A DNA stretch of 64,000 bases from Eledone cirrhosa (GCA_964016885.1 OZ024750.1:19034001-19098000); one strand, 5' to 3'; counted from the first letter of the stretch, positions 43,392 through 57,355 are shown. Made by a program: numbers and translations. Notes: a model not told the origin generated them from the letters alone.

Positions 43392-46300
43392 ATGGCTATG
43401 CTAAGAGTAGGCTGTTTAAATGCGCGTGGCCTGGGCTCAACTTGGAAGCAAGCAATGCTTCTAAATGACCTCAGGTCACAACGTATAGATGTGATGGTTA
43501 TTTGCGAGGCCCGGATCAGCAACGTGCGACAGCTGGCCCCCACCTTTGATGACTTTGAGATGCACGCATCTCTCTGTCAGCCCGGAGGTGGGGGTGGAGT
43601 TGTCGTTCTGCTGCAAAAACATCTGGGTCTCGCAACACAGATGGTACATTTGGACCCGGAGGGTCGACTAGTGGTTCTGGACCTTGGCAGTGGTAAAGGC
43701 GGAGCGTTTAGGTTGGTAGCCGCCTACGGCCCTTTCGGGTCAATGCGGCCGGACTTCTTCCATCGTCTGGAGACTTTTCTAGGGACGTCCCGCTCCTTGC
43801 TATTAGTGGGGGACTGGAATGGTATCCTAGATGCACGCTGGGACTACGTAGGGGCCTGCCCCGATAGAGAGGGGTGTAATAGCCTCAAAGGGTTAATCGG
43901 TCGATTTGACCTGGCCGATAGATATCGACTAGATTTTCCGACTGCGCCAACCTGGACTTGGGCAAATCGTAGCGGATCATCTAGGTCGTACCTAGATAGG
44001 TTCTTAGTTAGAATTAAGGATAAGGACTTTTTAAGTTGTCCAAAAATGCGCATTGTTGGCTATTCAGACCACAAATTAGTGACCTGCATGGTCAACCTTG
44101 ACAGAACTCATAGACAGGGCCCCGGTTACTGGAAGCTCAACTTGTCCTTGCCGGCAAGTAGAGCCTACAGGAATCGGATTAGTACGTTAGTTAAGGAACG
44201 GTTGACTGGAGCGATCGTCAACAGCAGGTGGTGGGTATCTCTAAAGAGAGAGATTAGAGTAGTCTCGATAGAATTTAGTAAGGTTCTAGCTGCGGATAGG
44301 AATAGGAAGGAAAGGGAGCTAATAGATAGAGTAGAAGAGGCAATTAGAAGCGGCGACGTGGCCAGAGTGCTAGCGTCGAGAACGGCGTTGAGCCAGTTTT
44401 TCGACGCGAAGCACGAAGGCTGCGTTGTCCGAAGTAAAATACGTGCTCTAGGGAACGAGGGGACCAAAGCTGTTAGCTGGGCCCGCGTGACAGAGGCCAA
44501 CAGTGGAACTAAATCCACCATCCGGTCTTTGCAAGTCCTGGATGGACGGGCGATTCTTGAGCCTAAGCAGATGTGTGAGGCCTTTCAAAGGCACTTTGCC
44601 CGACTGTTCGGGAGGGGCGGGGAGCCGGTTGGGAACGTGGACTTCGGTCCATACCTCGACGGCCTGCCGCGCCTCTCGGACAGGGAGGCGAAGTCCTGCG
44701 AGGAGCCGATTTCGGCCGCTGAGATAGAGGACGTGCTGAGCCAATGCGGCAAACGCAAATCCCCGGGTCTCGATGGTCTTCCTTACGAATTATATCTAGC
44801 TATGCCGGACTTGTTCCCCGATCTCCTCGAGGCGGTCTACTGCAACTGGCAACAGAACGGGAGAATTCCCTGTACTGTGACCAAGGGCGTAGTCACGCTA
44901 GTGAGGAAGGACGAGAACAAGGGGGACGAAATAAGTAACTTCAGGCCCATAACACTGCTAAATACAGAGTTACAGATTTTGGCCAAGGTGCTAGCAAAGA
45001 GGTTGGCGCTTGTCGTGGGCAACCTGGTGGGAGATGCGCAGACATGCGCTATCCCGTCCAGGTCCATCCATGACAACCTCCACCTCATGCGATACATCAT
45101 AGAGAGGGTTGGGAACGAACCCGGCTTTGGTGGGGCTCTGATCAACTTGGATCAATCTAAGGCGTTCGATAGGGTCGACCATGGTTACCTGGATGCGGTG
45201 CTAGCGGCGGCAGGCTTCGGACCCGTTTTCAGGGGCTGGATCACTGCTATGCACAGCAGCCGCATCTGCTCTAGGGTCAAGGTGAACGGCTACCTCTCGG
45301 AGCCGTTCAAAATCGCGCGGTCCATCCGACAAGGGTGCCCTCTCTCCTCCCTTCTGTATGTGTTGACTCTCGAGCCACTACTGCGGAAGTTGGAGTTGTT
45401 GCAGGGCATCCCTTTGGAACCGGGATTGCGGAAAGCGGTGTCGGCCTACGCCGATGACGTGACAGTAATGGTGTCGACGGCCTCCGAAATCGAGGCGGTC
45501 GGCACCTTACTGGAGGAGTACGAAAAGTTCACAGGGGCTAAGCTGAACCGGGACAAGTCGATCGGTTTGCAACTCGGCACGTGGAGGGGCAGACCGATGC
45601 CCTCCGATAGCGTCGTCGGACGCTGGACGGAGGGCCCGGTGAAGTTGCTCGGGGTCTGGTTCGGACCGGACCTCCAGGTGGAGAAAAACTGGGCGGAGGT
45701 TACGAACAGGGTGTTTGCACTGACCCAGAAGTGGGCCAGTTGCAAACTATCCCTGAAAGGTCGGGCGGAGGTGGCGAACACCTACATAGCGTCCGTCATC
45801 TACTACCGCCTGACCGTAGTGCCCTGCCCAAGGGAAACCCTCACCAAGATGGAGCGCGCGCTCTTCCAATTCCTTTGGAAGAGGCGGGCTCCTATGGTGA
45901 GGAGATCCATCTGCTGTCAACACCCTTCGAAAGGAGGGCTGGGGATGCCGTGGCTAATGATGCGTAAACACGCATTAAGGCTACGGCACCTCTACGTATT
46001 CCTCACCGGACAACCGGTGTGGGCCTCGTTTGTGAGACGAACCTTTCCCAAACTCGTCTCACTCACCGAGCTGCAATCCTGGGTCAAGCAAAGACCGAGA
46101 AAACTGGGCGCCTGGCACACTGAGTGTGCCCAGGCGCTCACCGCCCTCTGGCAGGCGGATCCGGTTATCAGTGGAGACTCCACCGCAACATTCTATAGAG
46201 GGCTGGTACGCAGCAGGTGCGACGACGCCCTCGGAGAAGCCCTAGACATGGAGGAGGACGAACTGGCCAGCCTGTTCGGTAGGACATTCAGCCCGGGACC

Positions 46301-46829
46301 TATGGACAACTTCCAGAAGTCCCTGGCCTGGCAGTGCTACCGAGGGGCTTTACCCGTTCGAGAAAGGCTCTACAGACACGGGCGCCCGGGTAGGGACCCC
46401 GCCAAAAAGATCTGTCCCAGATGCGTGTGCGACGAGGAAACCGTTGCACACGCATTAGTACACTGCTCGGGCGTAGCCGATCTGTGGGGCTATGTCGAAC
46501 AACTGCTGTCAAGGGTGGGACCGATCCGGTTGACCACCGAGTCGATTGTAATGATCAAGCCGCCTCCCCCCTTCAAAGATGAAGCAGAGGCGGTGTTTCT
46601 GTGCGTAATAGCCATGGCGAAAGAGGTTGTATGGTGGACGCGTCTGAAAGGACTGAGGTCGGGCACCTTTCTCTCTGGCCAACAACTGGTCCGTTTCTTC
46701 CGATATCATTTCGGAAGAAGGATCAGGATGGAGAGAGAGGTGCTGCACCCCAGCCGTTTCTATGAAAGATGGGTGAAAGTGGCGAGAATGGCCCGTGTGA
46801 ATGGGCCTTCACTCTACATCAGACTATAG
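43392..46829 (+). CDS. LINE ORF2: APE endonuclease, reverse transcriptase, C-terminal zinc finger
   Basis: LNARG, GDWN, YLDRF, SDH (APE); SPGLDG, FRPITLLN, DQSKAFDRV, QGCPLS, YADD (RT); CPRC..ETVAHALVHC; first ATG 43392, frame open from 43368. Confidence 0.97.
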   Translation: MAMLRVGCLNARGLGSTWKQAMLLNDLRSQRIDVMVICEARISNVRQLAPTFDDFEMHASLCQPGGGGGVVVLLQKHLGLATQMVHLDPEGRLVVLDLGSGKGGAFRLVAAYGPFGSMRPDFFHRLETFLGTSRSLLLVGDWNGILDARWDYVGACPDREGCNSLKGLIGRFDLADRYRLDFPTAPTWTWANRSGSSRSYLDRFLVRIKDKDFLSCPKMRIVGYSDHKLVTCMVNLDRTHRQGPGYWKLNLSLPASRAYRNRISTLVKERLTGAIVNSRWWVSLKREIRVVSIEFSKVLAADRNRKERELIDRVEEAIRSGDVARVLASRTALSQFFDAKHEGCVVRSKIRALGNEGTKAVSWARVTEANSGTKSTIRSLQVLDGRAILEPKQMCEAFQRHFARLFGRGGEPVGNVDFGPYLDGLPRLSDREAKSCEEPISAAEIEDVLSQCGKRKSPGLDGLPYELYLAMPDLFPDLLEAVYCNWQQNGRIPCTVTKGVVTLVRKDENKGDEISNFRPITLLNTELQILAKVLAKRLALVVGNLVGDAQTCAIPSRSIHDNLHLMRYIIERVGNEPGFGGALINLDQSKAFDRVDHGYLDAVLAAAGFGPVFRGWITAMHSSRICSRVKVNGYLSEPFKIARSIRQGCPLSSLLYVLTLEPLLRKLELLQGIPLEPGLRKAVSAYADDVTVMVSTASEIEAVGTLLEEYEKFTGAKLNRDKSIGLQLGTWRGRPMPSDSVVGRWTEGPVKLLGVWFGPDLQVEKNWAEVTNRVFALTQKWASCKLSLKGRAEVANTYIASVIYYRLTVVPCPRETLTKMERALFQFLWKRRAPMVRRSICCQHPSKGGLGMPWLMMRKHALRLRHLYVFLTGQPVWASFVRRTFPKLVSLTELQSWVKQRPRKLGAWHTECAQALTALWQADPVISGDSTATFYRGLVRSRCDDALGEALDMEEDELASLFGRTFSPGPMDNFQKSLAWQCYRGALPVRERLYRHGRPGRDPAKKICPRCVCDEETVAHALVHCSGVADLWGYVEQLLSRVGPIRLTTESIVMIKPPPPFKDEAEAVFLCVIAMAKEVVWWTRLKGLRSGTFLSGQQLVRFFRYHFGRRIRMEREVLHPSRFYERWVKVARMARVNGPSLYIRL

Positions 46830-47202
46830 GTGAGGAAGATAAAAGACCAAGGGAGCACCCCTTCTCTGTGCACCTGAGGAGAAGGGTTGCACACTTTTTT
46901 CGGGGGTGTGTGCGACCCCCCAAGGCGCCTCCTCTCTATTGAGGATTTTGTTAAAAATTTTATTTTTTGTTATATCTTATTTTATTTTTATATTTTGTTA
47001 TTGCCTTCTCCTTATTGAGGACGCCTTTTTGTGTAAACTCCCCCCTTTGTACTTGTCCCACTTTTGATGCCCTAGTGGCAAATAAAAGAAATATATCTAT
47101 CTATCTAACTACCTACCTATCTTTTTGAATACTATCATTCATTAAGTTCAGAGGATATTTTTCTTGATGAAGCCCTCGTATGAAGCTCTCAAAATGTTTG
47201 TC

Positions 47203-47284
<82 letters not shown>

Positions 47285-47359
47285 ATATCTATCTATCTAT
47301 CTATCCATCCATCTAACTACCTACCTATCTTTTTGAATACTATCATTCATTAAGTTCAG

Positions 47360-48930
47360 AGGATATTTTTCTTGATAAACATTTTAAAATCTTTTCTAGT
47401 TTGTGGTCTTTTGCTGTTGAGTTCAGGACAATTGTGCAGATTCACTTAACAAGATTAAATGGAATTTTGTCCCACGTTCGTTTTGGATGAGAAGATGCAA
47501 AAAGGAGTTACTGTCGAGAAACCTTACTACATTTATTTAAACATGATGAAAAATAAAAAATTTGAATTTTTAAAATACTTTATGATTATATCTATTTTAA
47601 ATACGATCGATTGCTAGAAATTTATCCCCGAAATAATTGGACAAATAAATGAATTTTTGACTCTAAATCGATGACTCTTTTACACCCAATATGAGTATTT
47701 TAAAAATATCAATTTTTCTGGTGCTTACCATATCTTTTATCTCTATATCCAATTTAAATAATATTTTTTATTGAAAATATTTTTGCTGGGATATATATAT
47801 ATATAATTATTATAATGTGTGTAAAATAAAATATATTTATTTATCTTGGTGTTGTAAAAAATTGATAAATTTTGATTGGCTTTATAAAAATTATCGATTT
47901 TTATACTACCTAAAAAGTTGCTATTCCGAGCAATCCCAAATGAATAGAATATAATTTTGAACTAATATGATAGATAAAGGTCTATAGTAATATAGATGTT
48001 CCACTTTTTCAATGATCCTAAACTTTTGCTGGTTCAAATCTAGCGGTATGTAGTAGTTAAAATTGATGTAATTTTATTCAGATATAATAAAAGTTTCTCA
48101 AATTAAAAAATTAACTAATTACCCATGCTTAATGTCTAAATACTATGTCATCTCATTAAAAAAAATCAAAATAGTATTTTTATGAATTTATGACCCGAGA
48201 TGCCAAAATTAAATGAAATGCATATGGAATGCTTGATGATAAGGTGATTTCTGCTATCGATGAAATTTCTTCATCACAAATGTGCACCATTCGCAATTTG
48301 AGTCACCAAAGGCAAAATTTTATAATTTTTCTAAAATATATGTTTGTCCATTTTTTTCTGTGGTTTGTACAATACTGTGCGTAGGTATGAAATATGTATA
48401 AGCTTTCAGTTTTGTGATTCTTTTTGTTATTAGTATATCTAAAAGGGGACGTTTTTCTTTACTGAAGTCCATAGTAAATTGAATGTCAGGGTTTATATTA
48501 TTGACAAGGTTTTGAAAAATTTCCAGCTTGTCAAGATTTTTTCGTCCATAAAATAAAGCAGTCGTCCTGATATTTTTTCTAGATTTCCTTTATATATTAT
48601 CTGAATTAATGAGCATACATTCGTGAGGATTGTTCGTAGAGTTTTAATTCATAGTATCCCATAACTTGGTTGGCATATATTGGTGCAACGTTTATTACCA
48701 TAGCTATTATTGATTTTTGTCAGTAGGGTTTTTGTTGAACAAGAAACAAATGTTTTTTAAAAATAAACGGAAGACCATCTATAATGACATTTCTATCAAT
48801 ACGACCCGGTAGCTCATAAACCATTATTTAATACCTAGATTCCGTAATTATGTGGAATGTTGCTATCTAAGTTCACAACATACAACAATACCATGTAAGT
48901 GTTTACGTTTACTTTATCTAAGAAATGGTT
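47360..48930 (-). pseudogene. Decayed, rearranged Penelope-like reverse transcriptase
   Basis: Hand translation of rc: VVNLDSNIPHNYGI; IAMVINVAPIYANQVMGYYELKLY; KYQDDCFILWT..NNINPDIQFTMD..LLDILI; LLFASSHPKRTWDKIPFNLVK*ICTIV; many stops and frameshifts. Confidence 0.8.
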
Positions 48931-48975
48931 GAATATTTTTAGATCATCTCGTATGAAGCTCTCAAAATGTTTGTC

Positions 48976-49028
<53 letters not shown>

Positions 49029-49146
49029 GTAATAATAATAAAATTGAAGACTAAAATCCAAAGAGGGCTCGATAAGGAAAATATATATCAAATATATAAG
49101 AACCGAAGAGCAAATATTTATTCTGCGTTTACAGCTTGACTTTGTT

Positions 49147-49197
49147 AGTTTCAGAAGATCCCGTTAAGGGTGAAAGCAGCGATTCTTTGCTTAAACT
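49147..49197 (+). ncRNA. Family C hammerhead-like motif (CAGAAGA core), independent insertion
   Basis: agttt-CAGAAGA-tcccgttaagggt-GAAA-gca..tgc-TT/aaact; preceded by an inverted copy of the element 3' part (49028-49122). Confidence 0.65.
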
Positions 49198-49213
49198 TTA
49201 ATCTGTTATATTA

Positions 49214-49327
<114 letters not shown>

Positions 49328-49504
49328 ATATCATATATGTGACGGGTTTCTGTCATATTTCACACGTAAGGTATTGGTCAACACGAGGCTATAGTAGCAA
49401 ACGCTCGCCCATCGTGCCGCGCAGTGAGACTAAACCCAGAACCAAGTATTTGCGAAGTGAATTCTTTAACCAGAAATCCATTCCTACACCTATGTATGAC
49501 GATA

Positions 49505-49597
49505 TAAGACTAGATGTACAGAAGCCTCTTCAATTACTTCGAACTTATATATATATAAGTAACTTCGAAATAATTACGGAGGCTTCTGTACATCTAG

Positions 49598-49605
<8 letters not shown>
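49505..49605. repeat. Inverted repeat centred on a short TA tract
   Basis: ctagatgtacagaagcctc / gaggcttctgtacatctag. Confidence 0.8.
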
Positions 49606-49653
<48 letters not shown>

Positions 49654-50023
49654 ATTACAACGCACGACTTCACTCTGCAGTGTTTCATATGTGACATCTG
49701 ATATCTAATATACGAAATCAGTGAACAGTTGAAATCCTAATGTCTTCCAAAATGGCTACTAAATTAAAAGAGTTACATTGACACACACATTGAAACACAC
49801 ACACACAGATGCACGCACACACACACACACACACACACACATGCATGCACACACACACAGGCACACACATACATAGATGCATGCAGACACACACACACAC
49901 ATAGACAAACAAAAGAAATAGACAAAAAATGAAGAGAGTATTGTTGTCGTTTTTACGGAGTTTTGTACTTGTATTGGGTTTTCTAGCTCAGGAATATAAA
50001 CTTCATTAATTCTATATAAGATG

Positions 50024-50068
<45 letters not shown>

Positions 50069-50085
50069 AGATATATATATATATG

Positions 50086-50172
<87 letters not shown>

Positions 50173-50236
50173 TAATGTATATATATATATATAAATATAT
50201 ATATATATACATACACACACACATATATATATATTA

Positions 50237-50288
<52 letters not shown>

Positions 50289-50338
50289 ATATATATATAT
50301 ATATATATCTACATATATATATATACATACACACACAC

Positions 50339-50389
<51 letters not shown>

Positions 50390-50608
50390 TGTATATATAT
50401 ATATATATATATATTGTATACTGAATATCTCAGTACTTCGTTGGTGTAGTATACAAATCGTTTTCATTTAAAAGTTAAATGTTTGTTTTTGTAATGAGAC
50501 TTAACCGTCAACGTATGTAGCCTGTAAATTATATATATATAAGTAAAAAAGAAAAAAGAAAAACAATAACGAGTAGTGCAGTACCAACGAACAGAGTTGT
50601 ATTAGGTT

Positions 50609-50641
<33 letters not shown>

Positions 50642-50689
50642 GTATATATGTATTTATATTTATACACACACACACACACATACACACAA

Positions 50690-50787
<98 letters not shown>

Positions 50788-50798
50788 CATACATATTA

Positions 50799-50880
<82 letters not shown>

Positions 50881-51043
50881 TATATATATATACACACATG
50901 TACATATATATATATATATATGTCTGTATATATGTATATTTCTACATGTATATATGTGTATATATATATATGATATACATGTGTGTGAGCCTGTGTATAT
51001 GAATGACTGAATGTATCGGTTTTGGGTATATATACACACACGC

Positions 51044-51082
<39 letters not shown>

Positions 51083-51151
51083 TATATACGTATATGTATA
51101 TATAAGTAAATATATATATGTTTATATATATGTATGTGTTTCTGTGCATCT

Positions 51152-51225
<74 letters not shown>

Positions 51226-51391
51226 TTAATGATCTACGTATACACATATGTATGTATGGGTGTGTGTGTGTGTATGTTCAATGAAGTGTATATAAATAAA
51301 TTTAGTGAATGGTTCAAATGGGAATTGAACTGACAAGTTTCAATTCTGGTTGAGTGCTCCGCTAATAGAGCTATTGTGGCTAACATCGGAA

Positions 51392-51502
<111 letters not shown>

Positions 51503-51659
51503 TACAGATATATATATATATAATATATATATATATTTATATATATATATTTATATATATATATATTTACACACACACACACATATATATATATATGTAG
51601 ATATATATATGTAGATATATATATATAATATATAATATATATAATATATATATATATAC

Positions 51660-51702
<43 letters not shown>

Positions 51703-51942
51703 CATATACATATATATATATACATATATATATACATATATATACATATATATATACATATATATAATATATATATACATATATATATATATACATATAT
51801 ATATACATATATATATATACATATATATACATATATATATACATATATATATATACATATATATACATATATATATATACATATATACATATTTATATAC
51901 ATATATATATACATATATACATATTTATATACATATATATAC

Positions 51943-52031
<89 letters not shown>

Positions 52032-52527
52032 TATGTATATAATACTCTTTATAATACATAAACGCACACTTACAATTCGTATACATAAGCGCACATACAC
52101 ACATCTAAAAACACAAACATATACACATACACAAAACATACCCACGAACGCGCACATACACACAAGCAAACACAAACGTAAACACTAACACACAAGCACA
52201 TACACATACATACATACACAGAAAATCTAAAAATACACACAAAAAATATAAAATAAATAAAATAATACAAAAATATACACAAAGAACTCTGTTTCTTCTC
52301 GTCAAGGGGAGATTAATGCTGATTGTTTAAATGATATTACATCGAATGTTCTCGGTCTAATTCAGTCATGCGTGGAACAGCAGATCATCTATCACGTGAC
52401 CTCTGTTTTCTTTCATGTGCTTAATGGGCCACACTTTTATAATAAAATGAGCCTATGGAACAATATAAGCCTTTCGTTAGTTTGTGTGTTTTGGTTGTTT
52501 TTGTTCGGAATGGATACAGAGATAGAG

Positions 52528-52558
<31 letters not shown>

Positions 52559-52618
52559 CGATAGAAAGGAAGAGAGTAAGAAAGGGAGAGAGGTGGAAGG
52601 ATGAGACACTGATGGTTT

Positions 52619-52672
<54 letters not shown>

Positions 52673-53054
52673 CAGTAATGTAAGGATGCCGAGAATATAT
52701 GAACGAATAGCTAAGAAGTTCGCTTCGCAATAATTATATCCAGGGTTTCGACCTAACGGTGTGATATCTTGGGCAAGTGCCATTAAGAATAGCCTCGGGT
52801 CAATCCTTGCCTTGTCAATGAAATTGGGTTGACGGAAACCGTTTGGGAGACTGTAGAATGGACTGTATCTTTAATTCAAAATTTCAGACTTGTTAAATAC
52901 TCTGAAGCCGAATGTCCATGAGAATTAGGGGTTTACGTATACACATACACATACACACACATATATACATATAATATACATGCACATACATATATATATA
53001 TACATAGATATGGCTGTATATATATCCTCAGTTCGTAATGGACAATGTCCATTA

Positions 53055-53092
53055 CGAACTGAGGATCCGCTAAGGTGAAACAATTGTTCTCG
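53055..53092 (+). ncRNA. Minimal type I hammerhead overlapping a 21 bp-arm palindrome (53024-53066)
   Basis: cgaa-CTGAGGA-t-cc-gctaa-gg-t-GAAA-c-aatt-g-TT/ctcg; first stem I pair mismatched. Confidence 0.6.
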
Positions 53093-53119
53093 GTATGGTG
53101 AACAAACTGTTGTGTAACC

Positions 53120-53232
<113 letters not shown>

Positions 53233-53327
53233 TGTACAATACAAAAGATATATGGAAGAAGAATCGATCCCAGTTCTAGACTGGCACTTTTTTTATCGAA
53301 CAAGAAAAGATTAAAGGCGAAGTTGAT

Positions 53328-53368
<41 letters not shown>

Positions 53369-53960
53369 GATAGATATAGATATAGATATATATCTACATA
53401 TGTACGATAGAAGACAAATATATATAGTATACTAATGATAGCCGGAGCCCAAGGCTGGGATTTAAAGATTTAAAGACATTTTTCTACCTCATCAGGTAGA
53501 GCGTTAACATCTGAAACAAAACTGGTCACTAACAGGATAAAACACACACACACACACACATACACACACACACATACACACACATACACACATAGACACA
53601 CAAAAAAGAAAAAATTTTTTTAGAGAAGTTGACACGAGGAAACGAAACTTTAGAACCCTCAGGTCATTTTTAGACAGTTATGTGGGAGAGACAGGACGTA
53701 AGACGCCAAATACATGGTTGTTTTCCAGAGTGCATGCCATCAACAATATTGGTAATGTATGGCAGCAGCTGATATTGTTATCGTTGTTAAAGGCAAACTT
53801 ATCCATCTTAGTTGAAATGTCCCATTATCGAGTATTGTTAGCGGCCAATTGTCGGAAGAATACTAAGAACATGTAATTAAAATTTTAACCTCAAGGGGGA
53901 GTTGAAGTAACAGCAACGGTATATAATATATAATAATAGTTGTGTCGTATAAAACATTCA

Positions 53961-54169
<209 letters not shown>

Positions 54170-54222
54170 ATATATGTATATATATTTATATATATGTATA
54201 TATATATGTATGTATATATATG

Positions 54223-54255
<33 letters not shown>

Positions 54256-54266
54256 GTATATATATG

Positions 54267-54337
<71 letters not shown>

Positions 54338-54342
54338 GTATA

Positions 54343-54387
<45 letters not shown>

Positions 54388-54484
54388 GTATATATATATA
54401 TATATGTATATATATATGTATATATATATGTATATATATATGTATATATATATATGTATATATGTATATATATATATATGTATA

Positions 54485-54533
<49 letters not shown>

Positions 54534-54534
54534 G

Positions 54535-54569
<35 letters not shown>

Positions 54570-54674
54570 GTATATATATATGTATATATGTATATATATA
54601 TGTATATATATATGTATATATATATGTATATATATATGTATATATATATGTATATATATATGTATATATATATG

Positions 54675-54772
<98 letters not shown>

Positions 54773-55507
54773 CCTGTTGTAAAGTTATTCAATGTTATCG
54801 ACGTTTTGCCAATTACTAAAAAACGCGTGGGTGTTTAAATATTTGTACATAAACACACAAATACGTACACACATACGCATACACACATACACACATACAT
54901 ATTTGCATACACACACACACACATATATATATATACACATATATATATAGACTCGCAAACACACGCACGCACACATATATGTATATTTGTATGTCTGTGT
55001 CTGTATGCGAGAGCATAGATATTTGAGTGTGCGTGGGTATGTGTGTATATGCGAGAGTATATATATATATATATATACTTATGTATTTGTATGTGTGTAT
55101 CTGTCTGTGTGTGTATGTGTATGTATGTATGCGAATGTATATATGAATCTATGTGTGTGTGAATGCGAATGTATATGTACGTATCAGTATATGTATGTGT
55201 GTACGAGTGTGTTTATGTGAGTGTGTTTGTGTGTGTATGTGTGTATGAAAACGTATATGTACGTATGCGTATATGTATGTGTTTATGAGTGTGTTTATGT
55301 GAGTGTTTTTGTGTGTGTATGCGAACGTTTATGTGCATATGCGTATATGAATGTATGTATGTGTATGTATGAGTGTATGTGAAAGTATATGTATATATGC
55401 GTATATGAATGTATGTATATATGAATGTGTATGTATGTGAAAGTATATGTGTATGTGTGCATGACTGTATGTGAAGGTATATGTGCATATGCGTATATGT
55501 ATGTGTG

Positions 55508-56180
<673 letters not shown>

Positions 56181-56183
56181 ATA

Positions 56184-56245
<62 letters not shown>

Positions 56246-56365
56246 TATATTAATAAGAGGAATTCCAACTTTGTCTGATTTACTCATTTTATTTACAATC
56301 CTTTAAAATTTATAATGGTATTATAATGAAATAGTATGATAGAATATTAAATTCTAAGTGTTAAT

Positions 56366-56404
56366 TGAACAAGTACTTTCATGCTTTCGCAATCTTCAGG
56401 TTCA
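56366..56404 (-). ncRNA. 39 nt minimal type I hammerhead ribozyme
   Basis: rc: UGAAC-CUGAAGA-U-UGC-GAAA-GCA-U-GAAA-GUAC-UU/GUUCA. Confidence 0.8.
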
Positions 56405-56562
56405 TAATATGTGGTGACAGTCAAGTTTGCAATTTTCAACTGTGTATGTATATATGAATGTGTATGTATGTATGTGAAAGTATATGTACATAAGCGTATA
56501 TGAATGTATATATGTATATGTGTACAGTTGAAAATTGCAAACTTGACTGTCACCACATATTA

Positions 56563-56601
56563 TGAACCTGAAGATTGCGAAAGCATGAAAGTACTTCTTC
56601 A
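56563..56601 (+). ncRNA. Minimal hammerhead, right-arm copy with stem I point mutation
   Basis: tgaac-CTGAAGA-ttgcgaaagcat-GAAA-gtac-TT/cttca. Confidence 0.7.
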
Positions 56602-56781
56602 ATTAACACTTAGAATTTAATATTCTATCATACTATTTCATTATAATACCATTATAAATTTTAAAGGATTGTAAATAAAACGAGTAAATCAGACAAAGTT
56701 GGAATTCCTCTTATTAATATAATCTTCTATACACAATCATACACACCCGTGTATATTTACCTATATATATATATATATATA

Positions 56782-56816
<35 letters not shown>

Positions 56817-57043
56817 GTATATATATGGAACTATTGTCATCTTACCTGACTGTTTGAACTTTACAACACCACCTGCCTCTTTGAGGTCAAATACCAACCC
56901 TACTACCATCTACAAACTGACCAATGAGAATCAAGACTATTCCTGCTGACAACATTAAATTATTCCTAACAAGCTGATATGTCCCAATGCTCTGATACCA
57001 TCAACACCATAAACACAGAGCTGGCATATCTAAGAACTGACTA

Positions 57044-57099
57044 ACTGCCTGATGAGGTCATAGCCATTTAATGGCTATCGTCGACATATATATAGCAGT
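57044..57099 (+). ncRNA. Type I hammerhead with GAAA>GACA core substitution
   Basis: actgc-CTGATGA-ggtc-atagccat-tta-atggctat-cgtc-GACA-t-atat-a-TA/gcagt. Confidence 0.65.
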
Positions 57100-57284
57100 A
57101 AATAAAGGATTATGAGTTCATGCAATTGACTTATGTTTCGTCACTATATATATATATATATATATATATGTAGGAGGTGAGTTTTATTGTAGTACAATAC
57201 AGCAATGCAGATATCAATGCAGATATATGTTGATTTAAAAGTGCACTATCCACAAGTGTTTTTAACCTTCATATCATGTCTTCC

Positions 57285-57355
57285 TATTTTATCTGATGAA
57301 AACACAAATGTTATAGCATGATGATATTTGTTTTTGAAATGCGCATAATAAAATA
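57285..57355 (+). ncRNA. Type I minimal hammerhead (family B) in element 57169-57493
   Basis: tattttat-CTGATGA-aaacacaaatgttat..gatatttgttttt-GAAA-t-gcgc-a-TA/ataaaata. Confidence 0.85.

Larger units (their letters stand above)
41361..47110 (+). mobile_element. Full-length Tx1/L1-clade non-LTR retrotransposon
   Basis: 5' UTR, two intact ORFs, 3' UTR with AATAAA (47081-47086), (TATC)n at both ends. Confidence 0.95.
56248..56720. mobile_element. Fold-back PLE-type element with ~200 bp arms (56248-56453 / 56524-56720)
   Basis: Near-perfect inverted repeat, HHR in each arm. Confidence 0.85.

Noticed and set aside
41631-46748. Antisense and alternative-frame ORFs within the LINE
   Set aside because: Shadow ORFs of the compositionally biased coding strand
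53682-53876. Possible decayed RT fragment (NVPLSSIVSG)
   Set aside because: Single weak motif, not supportable without a search
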